Shown here one piece after another: positions 8,667 to 16,618 of a DNA stretch of 64,000 nt. The notes under the pieces were generated by a model. The model made no database searches and was not told the DNA's origin. It was given only the letters and a program-made list of their open reading frames with translations. Within the stretch, counting starts at the first letter, position 1, and each line of letters starts with the position of its first letter. The DNA is from Bacteroidales bacterium UBA5219 (GTDB taxonomy: Bacteria > Bacteroidota > Bacteroidia > Bacteroidales > ML635J-15). The stretch spans positions 1,815 to 65,814 of the forward strand of contig DHVB01000062.1 of assembly GCA_002412425.1 (NCBI GenBank), written 5' to 3'. Both the position numbers and the translations under genes were made by a program.

Positions 8667-9257
8667 ATGAAAAAAACCGCATTTACATATTTTATTTTGT
8701 TTCTTATTTCTCTAAATGTCCTTGCTCAAAAAGTAGATAAAAATAATTTCAGTTTAGGTCTTTTTATTGGCGAGGGAACAGGAGTCTTAACAGATTTTAG
8801 TATTAATGATAAATTTGGAATTGAGTGGAATATATCCTATAATGAAATGTTTTATAAATACAGATATACAAACAAATATTCAGATTTTATAAATCAAAAA
8901 TATAACAATATATATAGCTCATCTCTTTTATTAAATTACAGAAACAAATTTATGAATAATAACAAATTAGATTATCATTTTGCTATCGGCAGCCAAATGA
9001 GGATTATTACTGATTTTTATCAGGGAATACCTGTTTTGACACCTCCAAATACTATAATTATTGTTGACCCAACAACAAAAAATAAAATAGATATAGGTAT
9101 TAGTTTATTGATGGGTACTGAATATTGTTTGACTGAAAACATTTCCGTATTCTTTGACTTAGGGACATATATTGAAATAACAGATATTTTTTTATGGTCA
9201 AATTTTCAATTTAGAACAGGATTAATGTATCGTATAAATTATAAAAAGAAAGAATAA
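8667..9257 (+). CDS. Putative outer-membrane beta-barrel protein
   Basis: Signal peptide MKKTAFTYFILFLISLNVLAQ. Alternating aromatic/polar pattern, 196 aa. No recognisable enzyme motifs. Confidence 0.6.
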   Translation: MKKTAFTYFILFLISLNVLAQKVDKNNFSLGLFIGEGTGVLTDFSINDKFGIEWNISYNEMFYKYRYTNKYSDFINQKYNNIYSSSLLLNYRNKFMNNNKLDYHFAIGSQMRIITDFYQGIPVLTPPNTIIIVDPTTKNKIDIGISLLMGTEYCLTENISVFFDLGTYIEITDIFLWSNFQFRTGLMYRINYKKKE

Positions 9258-9260
9258 ACA

Positions 9261-9397
9261 GCCGAGAACAGCAGCTACACGCAAGTGGGGGTTCAGTGCT
9301 TCTATGAAAGTGAAGTGCCAAATCAAAGTTCTGTACTTTTAATGGAGTTCAGTGCTAAAAATCCCCACCTGCGTGTAGCTGCCAACCGTTAGCCAAC
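9261..9397 (+). repeat. attC-like imperfect palindrome 2
   Basis: Left box GCCGAGAAC (9261-9269) begins 4 nt after the stop at 9257. The stem 9271-9290 pairs with 9363-9382 (19/20, with an A9284/C9369 mismatch). The loop is ~72 nt. Right box G9388|TTAGCCAAC. Confidence 0.65.
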
Positions 9398-9642
9398 ATA
9401 TTACAATACGCACCCTTAGTAAAAAAATCGATTTATCCAAATTTTTCATCAAAAATATTTTGTGGTTTGATTTATTATTATTATCATTGCATTATCATTT
9501 CATATCTTATGAAAATTAGGTGTAGTAATATTGTTGTTTTTACTGCTTTTCAACCCAATCCTCTAAAAATAAGCAAATCCACACTAATTTTTTTTGATGA
9601 TTTTAATTCAGCTTTTATTTATTCTCTTAAAAATTAAATATT

Positions 9643-9747
9643 ATGAAAAGAAAACTTTACATGCTAGTATTATTTATGTTTGCTTTCTATTTAGGAGATG
9701 CACAAAGTAATATTATTACTACTACAACAATAGTAAAGTGTTTTTAA
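9643..9747 (+). CDS. Orphan signal-peptide ORF (N-terminus of the downstream S8 peptidase, out of frame)
   Basis: An ATG at 9643 encodes MKRKLYMLVLFMFAFYLGDAQSNIITTTTIVKCF*. The stop lies immediately after a T5 run (9741-9745). One extra T would fuse it to the 9738..12632 frame. Confidence 0.6.
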   Translation: MKRKLYMLVLFMFAFYLGDAQSNIITTTTIVKCF

Positions 9748-12632
9748 ATCTTGACAATTCTAGTGTAACATTAATAACAGAAAATGATTTTCAGAAAAGT
9801 TCTGTTAGTACATTAAATTTTAAAGAATTCAATTTAGAACAAGAAAGTCCAAGTGCTAATTATAAATATTCTAATATTGAATTTCAACAAATACCATCTT
9901 CTGTAGAATATTTTCAAAAAATAAATTTATTAAATTCTAACGCTAAAATAATAAAAGCAAATCCAAATTTCACTAACTCCTTTGGTAAAAAATTTGGATT
10001 ATCAAATTATTTTTATGTAAAATTAAAAAACGCTTCTGATTATCAATTATTGGTTTCAAAAGTATTAGAGAGAAATGTAATTATTGTAGAACAAAATCAA
10101 TTTATGCCGTTATGGTATACATTGAAAATTACTAAAAATACTATTGGAAATACTTTAGAAGTTGCAAATCAATTTTTTGAAACTGGACTATTTGCTTCTA
10201 GTCAGCCTGATTTCCTTTCAGATGATAGATTTTGTAGTAATGACCCAATGTTTGGAAGTTTGTGGGGATTAAATAACACCTCAAACACAAATCATGATAT
10301 AAATATTTGTCAAGCTTGGAATATAACACAGGGAGCCAATGTCAATGTAGCAGTATTAGATCAAGGCATTTTTAAAACACATATTGATTTATATTCAAAT
10401 ATTCATCCATTAAGTTATAACACTGAAACAAACACAAGTCCAAGTCAATTATTTGGTGACCATGGAACGCATTGTGCAGGAACAATAGCAGCAATAAAAG
10501 ATAATAATATTCAGGTTGTTGGAGTATCGCCGTTATCAAAACTTATGGATATTAGTAATTCATTAGCAGGAACTCCAAATAGTAGAATGAAAAGAGCTGA
10601 TGGTATTAATTGGGCTTGGCAAAATGGGGCTGATATTATTAGCAATTCATGGGGGTCTGGCGTGCAATATCAAGTTATTGATGATGCAATAAATAATGCT
10701 CTACAAAATGGAAGAAATGGTAAAGGTACTATAATTGTTTTTGCAACTGGAAACAACAATAATTCAGTCAGCTACCCAGCTAATTCAAATCCAAGTATTC
10801 TTTCTGTTGGTGCAATGACATCTAGTGGTACCAGGTCTAGTTTTTCTAATTATGGAACACAGCTTGATGTTGTTGCTCCTGGAAGTAACATTCTATCAAC
10901 AGTACCAAATAATCAAACTGCAAGTTGGGATGGTACATCAATGGCAACTCCACACGTAGCAGGAGTGGCTGCTTTAATACTTTCCGTAAATCCTTACTTA
11001 TCAGCACAGCAAGTAAGTGATATAATAGAGCAAACTGCTCAAAAAGTTGGAGGTTATGATTACCAAAACCAGCCTAATAGACCAAATGGTACGTGGCACG
11101 AACAAATGGGCTATGGTTTAGTTGATGCCTATGCTGCAGTGAAATTGGCGCAAAATATGTATTCTACAACTTTAGATTTATACATAAAGGACAAACCTGA
11201 TGATATGGGAATTGAACCTAATCCGAACACACAGCTTATGTGGACAAGTAAAGACATATGGATAAGGAATAACGATGACGGTGGATTAACACATCAAAAT
11301 CCTGAATATAGAAGCAATGGAAGTCCAAACTATATTTATGTAAGGATAATTAATAAGAGTAGTGTGCCATCAACAGGTAATGAAATATTAAATCTTAATT
11401 GGGCTAAAGCAAGTACTGCTCTTATTTGGCCTCAAAATTGGGATGGTAGTTTACAAAATTCCGCTGGTTATAACTTAGGTGGCGCCTTTCCTATTTCAAC
11501 AATACCCGTTTTGCAACCTGGCAACGAAACAATAGTTAAAATACCTTGGGTAGTTCCAAATCCCAGTAACTATTCAGACAATAACGAGCCATGGCACTTT
11601 TGTTTATTGGCAAGAATAGATGGTATAGGAGACCCTTTACAGCCAGTATTATCGTCAATAAATGAAATGGCAATAAACGATAATAATGTTGCTTGGACAA
11701 ATATCACAATTGTAGATTTAGAAACAGAAATAACAGGAGCAAGTGTTTTGGTTGCCAACCCATCACAGATACAAAGAACTTTCTTTTTGGAATTACACAA
11801 AGAGGTAAATGAAAGCGGAAAGGCTATTTTTAATGAAGCCGAAGTAAGCCTAAAAATGGATGATGTTTTATATAGTGCATGGGAAAGAGGTGGAAAAATT
11901 GCACAAAAATTAGCTCCAACACAAGAAGAAAAACGAAAATTGGTTAAAGGTGATAATGTTATATTAGACAATATTGCCTTTAATTCAAATGAAATGGGCT
12001 TACTAACTTTAGACTTTAATTTTTTGATAAAAGAGTTAACAGATAAAGACGAATATACCTACCACGTAGTGCAAAAAGATGCTAACACAGGCGAAGTATT
12101 AGGTGGTGAAACTTTTATTATCAGAAAAAGTTCAAGACAGACTTTTGTAGCCGATGCAGGCGATGATAAAGAAGTTGCAAAAAATGAAACCATTACTATA
12201 AGTGCAAAAGATATAAATGAACCTGCGGTTTACAATTGGTATGACAGTAAAGGTGATTTAATTTATCAAGGAAAAGATTTAACCGTTACGGCAGATGTGG
12301 TAGAGAAATATAAACTTGAAGTCATTGCAACTACCGATGGTTTTAAAGATTATGCAAGCATAGGAGTTAAATTTAAACCCAATATCATTGAAAGTATATC
12401 GCCAAATCCTGCTTTAGATAATATTGTAGTAAATTACAAGATAAACGAAGCAAGCTCTGCGTATTTAATGGTCTTAGGATATTACGGAAGTGGCACATCG
12501 TACAATTATATCTTAGATGTCAATTTACAAGAAATACAAATTAACACAAGCAGCTATCAAAATGGATTTTATACTGTTGCTTTAGTTTGTGATGGAGAAA
12601 TTGCAGATGCCAAAACATTATTAAAACAATAA
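9738..12632 (+). CDS. Subtilisin-family (S8) serine peptidase with T9SS C-terminal sorting domain; apparent frameshift removes its signal peptide
   Basis: Catalytic motifs VAVLDQGI (D), HGTHCAGTIAA (H) and GTSMATPHVAGVAAL (S). The C-terminal ISPNPALDNIVVNYK...GFYTVALVCDG is T9SS CTD-like. As listed, the ORF starts at a GTG with no signal peptide. Confidence 0.85.
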   Translation: MFLNLDNSSVTLITENDFQKSSVSTLNFKEFNLEQESPSANYKYSNIEFQQIPSSVEYFQKINLLNSNAKIIKANPNFTNSFGKKFGLSNYFYVKLKNASDYQLLVSKVLERNVIIVEQNQFMPLWYTLKITKNTIGNTLEVANQFFETGLFASSQPDFLSDDRFCSNDPMFGSLWGLNNTSNTNHDINICQAWNITQGANVNVAVLDQGIFKTHIDLYSNIHPLSYNTETNTSPSQLFGDHGTHCAGTIAAIKDNNIQVVGVSPLSKLMDISNSLAGTPNSRMKRADGINWAWQNGADIISNSWGSGVQYQVIDDAINNALQNGRNGKGTIIVFATGNNNNSVSYPANSNPSILSVGAMTSSGTRSSFSNYGTQLDVVAPGSNILSTVPNNQTASWDGTSMATPHVAGVAALILSVNPYLSAQQVSDIIEQTAQKVGGYDYQNQPNRPNGTWHEQMGYGLVDAYAAVKLAQNMYSTTLDLYIKDKPDDMGIEPNPNTQLMWTSKDIWIRNNDDGGLTHQNPEYRSNGSPNYIYVRIINKSSVPSTGNEILNLNWAKASTALIWPQNWDGSLQNSAGYNLGGAFPISTIPVLQPGNETIVKIPWVVPNPSNYSDNNEPWHFCLLARIDGIGDPLQPVLSSINEMAINDNNVAWTNITIVDLETEITGASVLVANPSQIQRTFFLELHKEVNESGKAIFNEAEVSLKMDDVLYSAWERGGKIAQKLAPTQEEKRKLVKGDNVILDNIAFNSNEMGLLTLDFNFLIKELTDKDEYTYHVVQKDANTGEVLGGETFIIRKSSRQTFVADAGDDKEVAKNETITISAKDINEPAVYNWYDSKGDLIYQGKDLTVTADVVEKYKLEVIATTDGFKDYASIGVKFKPNIIESISPNPALDNIVVNYKINEASSAYLMVLGYYGSGTSYNYILDVNLQEIQINTSSYQNGFYTVALVCDGEIADAKTLLKQ

Positions 12633-12661
12633 CATTTCATAACATTTTAAATACAAATATC

Positions 12662-13138
12662 ATGAAGTCAAAAATAATTATAATTTTAATCCTTGGTTCG
12701 TTTCTTTTAATAAACTTTGGTTGCGAAAAAAACGCAGGTGACGATTCTACTCATAGTACATATCCGATAGATATTAGTTTTACTGAAATTGGAAAAGGAG
12801 CATTGTATGGTAATGGAGCAGAGAATATTCCACAACAGAATATTGTTATTACAAATCAAACACAATTCAATGATTTAATTAATTCTATGAATACTGTAAA
12901 TAATGTTTCAAACTCATTCACTGAAACAAGTATTGATTTTAATACATATCAAATTATTGCCGTTTTTAAGGAAGTAAAACCAACAAGTTGGAAAGTTGAA
13001 ATAACCAGTGTTATTGAAAATGCAGAAAACATTACTATTTTAATAATTGAAACTGAAAATGAAAGTACAGTGATAACCCAACCCTTTCACATAGTTAAAA
13101 TTCCAAAGACAACAAAACCAATAGTATTTGAACAATAG
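12662..13138 (+). CDS. Small lipoprotein, PrcB-like (protease-complex partner family)
   Basis: Lipobox LLINFGC. The C-terminal part (YQIIAVFKEVKPTSWKVEITSV...VITQPFHIVKIPK) matches my recollection of the PrcB_C domain found next to subtilisin-type proteases. It sits directly downstream of an S8 peptidase. Confidence 0.55.
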   Translation: MKSKIIIILILGSFLLINFGCEKNAGDDSTHSTYPIDISFTEIGKGALYGNGAENIPQQNIVITNQTQFNDLINSMNTVNNVSNSFTETSIDFNTYQIIAVFKEVKPTSWKVEITSVIENAENITILIIETENESTVITQPFHIVKIPKTTKPIVFEQ

Positions 13139-13144
13139 ATATAC

Positions 13145-13280
13145 GTTGGATAACAATGTATAAACACAATAGCGGGCAAATTGCAAATTTTAATATCCGA
13201 ACTTTGCTTTAATATCTTGCAAGATTTGAATGTTGGTGTTTCAAAGTCCGCTACTGTGTTTATACTAAATCGTTATGGAG
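13145..13280 (+). repeat. attC-like imperfect palindrome 3 (last in array)
   Basis: Left box GTTGGATAAC (13145-13154) begins 7 nt after the stop at 13138. The stem 13158-13175 pairs with 13248-13265 (17/18, with an A13169/C13254 mismatch). The loop is ~70 nt. Right box G13272|TTATGGAG. Confidence 0.65.
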
Positions 13281-13433
13281 ATTATTTGTAAAAATGAGCA
13301 AGACAACTTAGTTGATTTAAAAAGTGAAAACGACATTGTTGTAACACTTAAAAAAATAGAAAAATAACTATTTATACTGTTAAAAGGGAAATGGTAAAAG
13401 TCGAACCGAGCTTGCGAACTCACCGAAGGTAAA

Positions 13434-13531
13434 GTTAAAAGTGGTCTGCGGGTTTGGCTTTTCTTTATGAACTTTTTACTTTATAAACTTTCAACTGAAT
13501 TTATTGTATTGCAAATAATGCGAAAAACAGG
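13434..13531 (+). repeat. Dispersed intergenic repeat, copy 1
   Basis: About 80 nt (13434-13512) align at roughly 80-85% with 26645-26722. The tail GCGAAAAACAGG (13520-13531) matches 26862-26873. Confidence 0.7.
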
Positions 13532-13703
13532 ATTTTGCTACATAAAAATTTCAAAATACGCTTTTAAATGCACAAATAAAAAGAGTGTTTGTTGATTTGT
13601 TTTTAAAACATTTAAGCACATAAACATAAATTTTATAATATTTGATTTTCTAAAATATTAAAAATTACTTCACAAAATTCTATAAAAAATTAGAAAACTA
13701 CAT

Positions 13704-13711
13704 TATCTTTG
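13704..13711 (+). promoter_or_regulatory. Bacteroidota -7 promoter box TATCTTTG (TAnnTTTG)
   Basis: Exact consensus match with an 8-nt gap to the ATG at 13720. Confidence 0.45.
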
Positions 13712-13719
13712 ACTAAAAT

Positions 13720-14391
13720 ATGAAAAAAACTTACTTCTTTATATTGCTTTTATGTGTAACTAAACTAAGTCTTTCGCAATCAGACAGTTTGGTTAAGTGC
13801 GATTTTAGTTTTGAATTTAAACCTGGTTTGTATTTGCAGTTTTCAGATTTTAGAAGCAATTCGCCAATTCCTTTTGAATCAGTTGTTTACCCAGATTATT
13901 CTCATAAAGATTTTTATTATAATTTAGATACTGCAAAAACCATAATCTTTAACGATAAACACGGTTTGCTTATCAAAAAACAAATATCTGAAGTTTGGGG
14001 ATTTTCTAAAAATGGAAAACCATATATTTATTGGTCTAACAAAGCAAATTTAATTCCTTTTGTAGGTTCTATTTCTCATTTTATTACAACAATTAATACA
14101 ATTCGCCATATAAGTCCAGAACCTTATTATGGTTCTTATTACTACAATCCTTACTATTATTCGCCACCAATGTCGAGAACCTATCAAACCGAAGAATTAA
14201 AACAATTTATAATTGATATGGAAACTGGAAATATTCTTGAATATAGTGTGAAAAATGTAGAATCAATATTAAAACGAGAGCCACAAATTTATGATGAATT
14301 TTCAAAATTAAGGAAAAGAAAAAAGACTAAACAACTGTTTTATTACGTTAGACTTTATAACGAAAAACGAGTTTTAATGATGAATGAGTAA
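13720..14391 (+). CDS. Hypothetical secreted protein
   Basis: Signal peptide MKKTYFFILLLCVTKLSLSQ. 223 aa, no recognisable motifs. Confidence 0.7.
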   Translation: MKKTYFFILLLCVTKLSLSQSDSLVKCDFSFEFKPGLYLQFSDFRSNSPIPFESVVYPDYSHKDFYYNLDTAKTIIFNDKHGLLIKKQISEVWGFSKNGKPYIYWSNKANLIPFVGSISHFITTINTIRHISPEPYYGSYYYNPYYYSPPMSRTYQTEELKQFIIDMETGNILEYSVKNVESILKREPQIYDEFSKLRKRKKTKQLFYYVRLYNEKRVLMMNE

Positions 14392-14411
14392 ATTTTTAAA
14401 AACCATGTATA

Positions 14412-15269
14412 ATGTTAAGATTAGTAATTTTTATTTTTTTAATTAACTCCTATTTAATAGGTTTTGCACAAATTAATATTTCTCGCGGAAGTCAAGCAGA
14501 AATCAATACTTTTTTAAACTCAAAAACTTATATTGTACTAAACAACACATTAATGTCTGACTACAATATGGAAATGAAAGAAGCCATCTTAAAACATTGG
14601 ACAATAACAGATTACGAGTTTATTACTGAATCAGAGTTTAAAAAACACAAATCAAATCCTAAAAATTCTTTTTTGATGATAAACCAAGTTTATTTTGAAA
14701 AAGACAAAACACAAACATTGTTTGATTTTTTAATTTTATGTTTAGGTGGAAATTACAAAACCGTAAACGACATGCCAACTCTTTGTGCCATACCGCTTTG
14801 CTATCATGGTGCTTTGCAAGAAGCATATGCTTATAAATTAGGATTAATGGTAAAATTCACTCAATTACATATAAAAACTTGCAAAAATAATCCAACTATA
14901 AGCGAGGATAAATTAGCAGAATATTATATGAATAAAACAGGTAGTCCTAAAACCAAAACTTTTTATTTATTAAAAGAAGAAGTTGAACCTGAAATTAGAA
15001 CAAAAAATTCTTTTGCTACAGCATATCCATTTAATTTTGAATATGCAGACAAAGAAAAAATTAAAAACTTAATTGACAACAATGATGAAGATGCAATAAT
15101 CCTACATATTTTAGGACCACAAACAAGCAACACACTTTCTTACTGTATAAAAATAATTATTGACACTCAGGAAGGCAATATTTATTATTACGACATGCAC
15201 AAACTGAGCAATAAAAATGCAGACAGATTATTAAAAAGCGATTTAAAGAAATTAGCAAGTAAAAAATGA
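14412..15269 (+). CDS. Hypothetical secreted protein
   Basis: N-terminal signal-like segment MLRLVIFIFLINSYLIGFAQ. 285 aa. The stop overlaps the folC start. Confidence 0.7.
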   Translation: MLRLVIFIFLINSYLIGFAQINISRGSQAEINTFLNSKTYIVLNNTLMSDYNMEMKEAILKHWTITDYEFITESEFKKHKSNPKNSFLMINQVYFEKDKTQTLFDFLILCLGGNYKTVNDMPTLCAIPLCYHGALQEAYAYKLGLMVKFTQLHIKTCKNNPTISEDKLAEYYMNKTGSPKTKTFYLLKEEVEPEIRTKNSFATAYPFNFEYADKEKIKNLIDNNDEDAIILHILGPQTSNTLSYCIKIIIDTQEGNIYYYDMHKLSNKNADRLLKSDLKKLASKK

Positions 15270-16564
15270 ATTACCAAGAAGTAATTGAATTTATGTTCAA
15301 CTCTTTACCTATGTATCAAAGAGTTGGGGCAGCCGCTTATAAAGCAAATTTAGACAATACTCTAGCATTTGATAAAATTACTGGCTCGCCACATAAAAAA
15401 TACAAAACCATTCATATTGCAGGTACTAATGGCAAAGGTTCTGTTTCGCATAGTTTAGCATCAATTTTACAAGAAGCGGGCTACAAAACTGGTCTTTACA
15501 CCTCGCCTCATCTTACCGATTATCGCGAAAGAATTAGAGTAAATGGAAAAAAAATAGAGGAAAGTTTTATTACAGAGTTTATAAATAGCCATAAAAATTT
15601 TATCAAAAATGTAAAACCTTCTTTCTTTGAAATGTCGGTAGCCTTAGCTTTTAAATATTTTGAGTTACAACAAGTTGAGGTCGCTGTTATTGAAGTTGGA
15701 ATGGGCGGAAGATTGGATTCCACAAATATTATTTTGCCAGAATTATCAGTAATTACAAATATTGGATTAGACCACACACAATTTTTAGGTAATAGTTTGG
15801 CTGAAATTGCCGGCGAAAAAGCTGGAATAATAAAGCAAAATATTCCTGTAGTAATTGGAGAAAGACAGAAAGAAACAGAAGAAGTTTTCTTAAAAAAAGC
15901 CAAAGAAAAGAACAGTAAAATAAGTTTTGCATCAGATAATTATGCTTGTAAAATTTTAAACTCAAATCTTAAATATTCAAATTTTGAGGTGGAGAAAAAA
16001 ACAAGTGATAAATCTTACACTTTAAATTTTAACTTATCGGGAAAATATCAAGAAAAAAACTTAGCTACAATACTTGAAACTGTTGATAATTTGAGAAATC
16101 AAGGATTTTGTATTTCTGATGAAAATTTGAAACAAGGTTTAGAAAATCTTATAAAAAACACTGGTTTTCATGGCAGATGGGAAACTTTAAATGCCGAACC
16201 ACTAACAATCTGTGACACAGGACATAACAAAGATGGATTAAGCTATACTATCGAACAATTATTAAGTCTTGAGTTTAAAAAACTAAGATTTGTGCTTGGT
16301 TTTGTTAATGATAAAAATGTTGATGAAGTATTAAAGCTATTTCCAAAAAATGCTGAGTATTATTTTTGTAAAGCACAAATTCCACGAGCTTTAGATGAAA
16401 AAATACTGTTAGAAAAAGCAAATTTAGTTAGTATAAACGGCAAATCTTTTGAAAATGTAAGTTCGGCTTATCATGCTGCTAAAAAAGATGCTGATAAAAA
16501 CGATGTGATTTTTATTGGAGGAAGCACTTTTGTTGTGGCTGATTTGTTGCAAGAATTTGCATAA
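15266..16564 (+). CDS. folC: Bifunctional folylpolyglutamate synthase / dihydrofolate synthase
   Basis: Mur-ligase P-loop HIAGTNGKGSV, and TSPHL and VIEVGMGGRLDSTN motifs typical of FolC. Confidence 0.9.
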   Translation: MNYQEVIEFMFNSLPMYQRVGAAAYKANLDNTLAFDKITGSPHKKYKTIHIAGTNGKGSVSHSLASILQEAGYKTGLYTSPHLTDYRERIRVNGKKIEESFITEFINSHKNFIKNVKPSFFEMSVALAFKYFELQQVEVAVIEVGMGGRLDSTNIILPELSVITNIGLDHTQFLGNSLAEIAGEKAGIIKQNIPVVIGERQKETEEVFLKKAKEKNSKISFASDNYACKILNSNLKYSNFEVEKKTSDKSYTLNFNLSGKYQEKNLATILETVDNLRNQGFCISDENLKQGLENLIKNTGFHGRWETLNAEPLTICDTGHNKDGLSYTIEQLLSLEFKKLRFVLGFVNDKNVDEVLKLFPKNAEYYFCKAQIPRALDEKILLEKANLVSINGKSFENVSSAYHAAKKDADKNDVIFIGGSTFVVADLLQEFA

Positions 16565-16591
16565 AGTTTTACGAATTGATATATATTTATA

Positions 16592-16599
16592 TATTTTTG
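16592..16599 (+). promoter_or_regulatory. -7 promoter box TATTTTTG
   Basis: TAnnTTTG match 19 nt upstream of the GTG start at 16619. Confidence 0.4.
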
Positions 16600-16618
16600 C
16601 AAAAATAAAAAAAACGAA

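Larger units (their letters stand above)
4780..13280 (+). mobile_element. Integron-like gene cassette array: three two-gene cassettes bounded by four attC-like sites; no integrase adjacent in window
   Basis: Four ~135-nt palindromes have covarying stems. The right box of each site is the reverse complement of the left box of the next site (9/9, 9/9, 9/10). The sites begin 4-7 nt after stop codons. All cassette genes are co-oriented. Confidence 0.6.

Noticed and set aside
9509-9637. 42-aa ORF (MKIRCSNIVVFTAFQPNPLK...) in the 254-nt leader of cassette 3
   Set aside because: It is below any reasonable coding evidence threshold, has no motifs, and lies in AT-rich sequence where such ORFs arise by chance.
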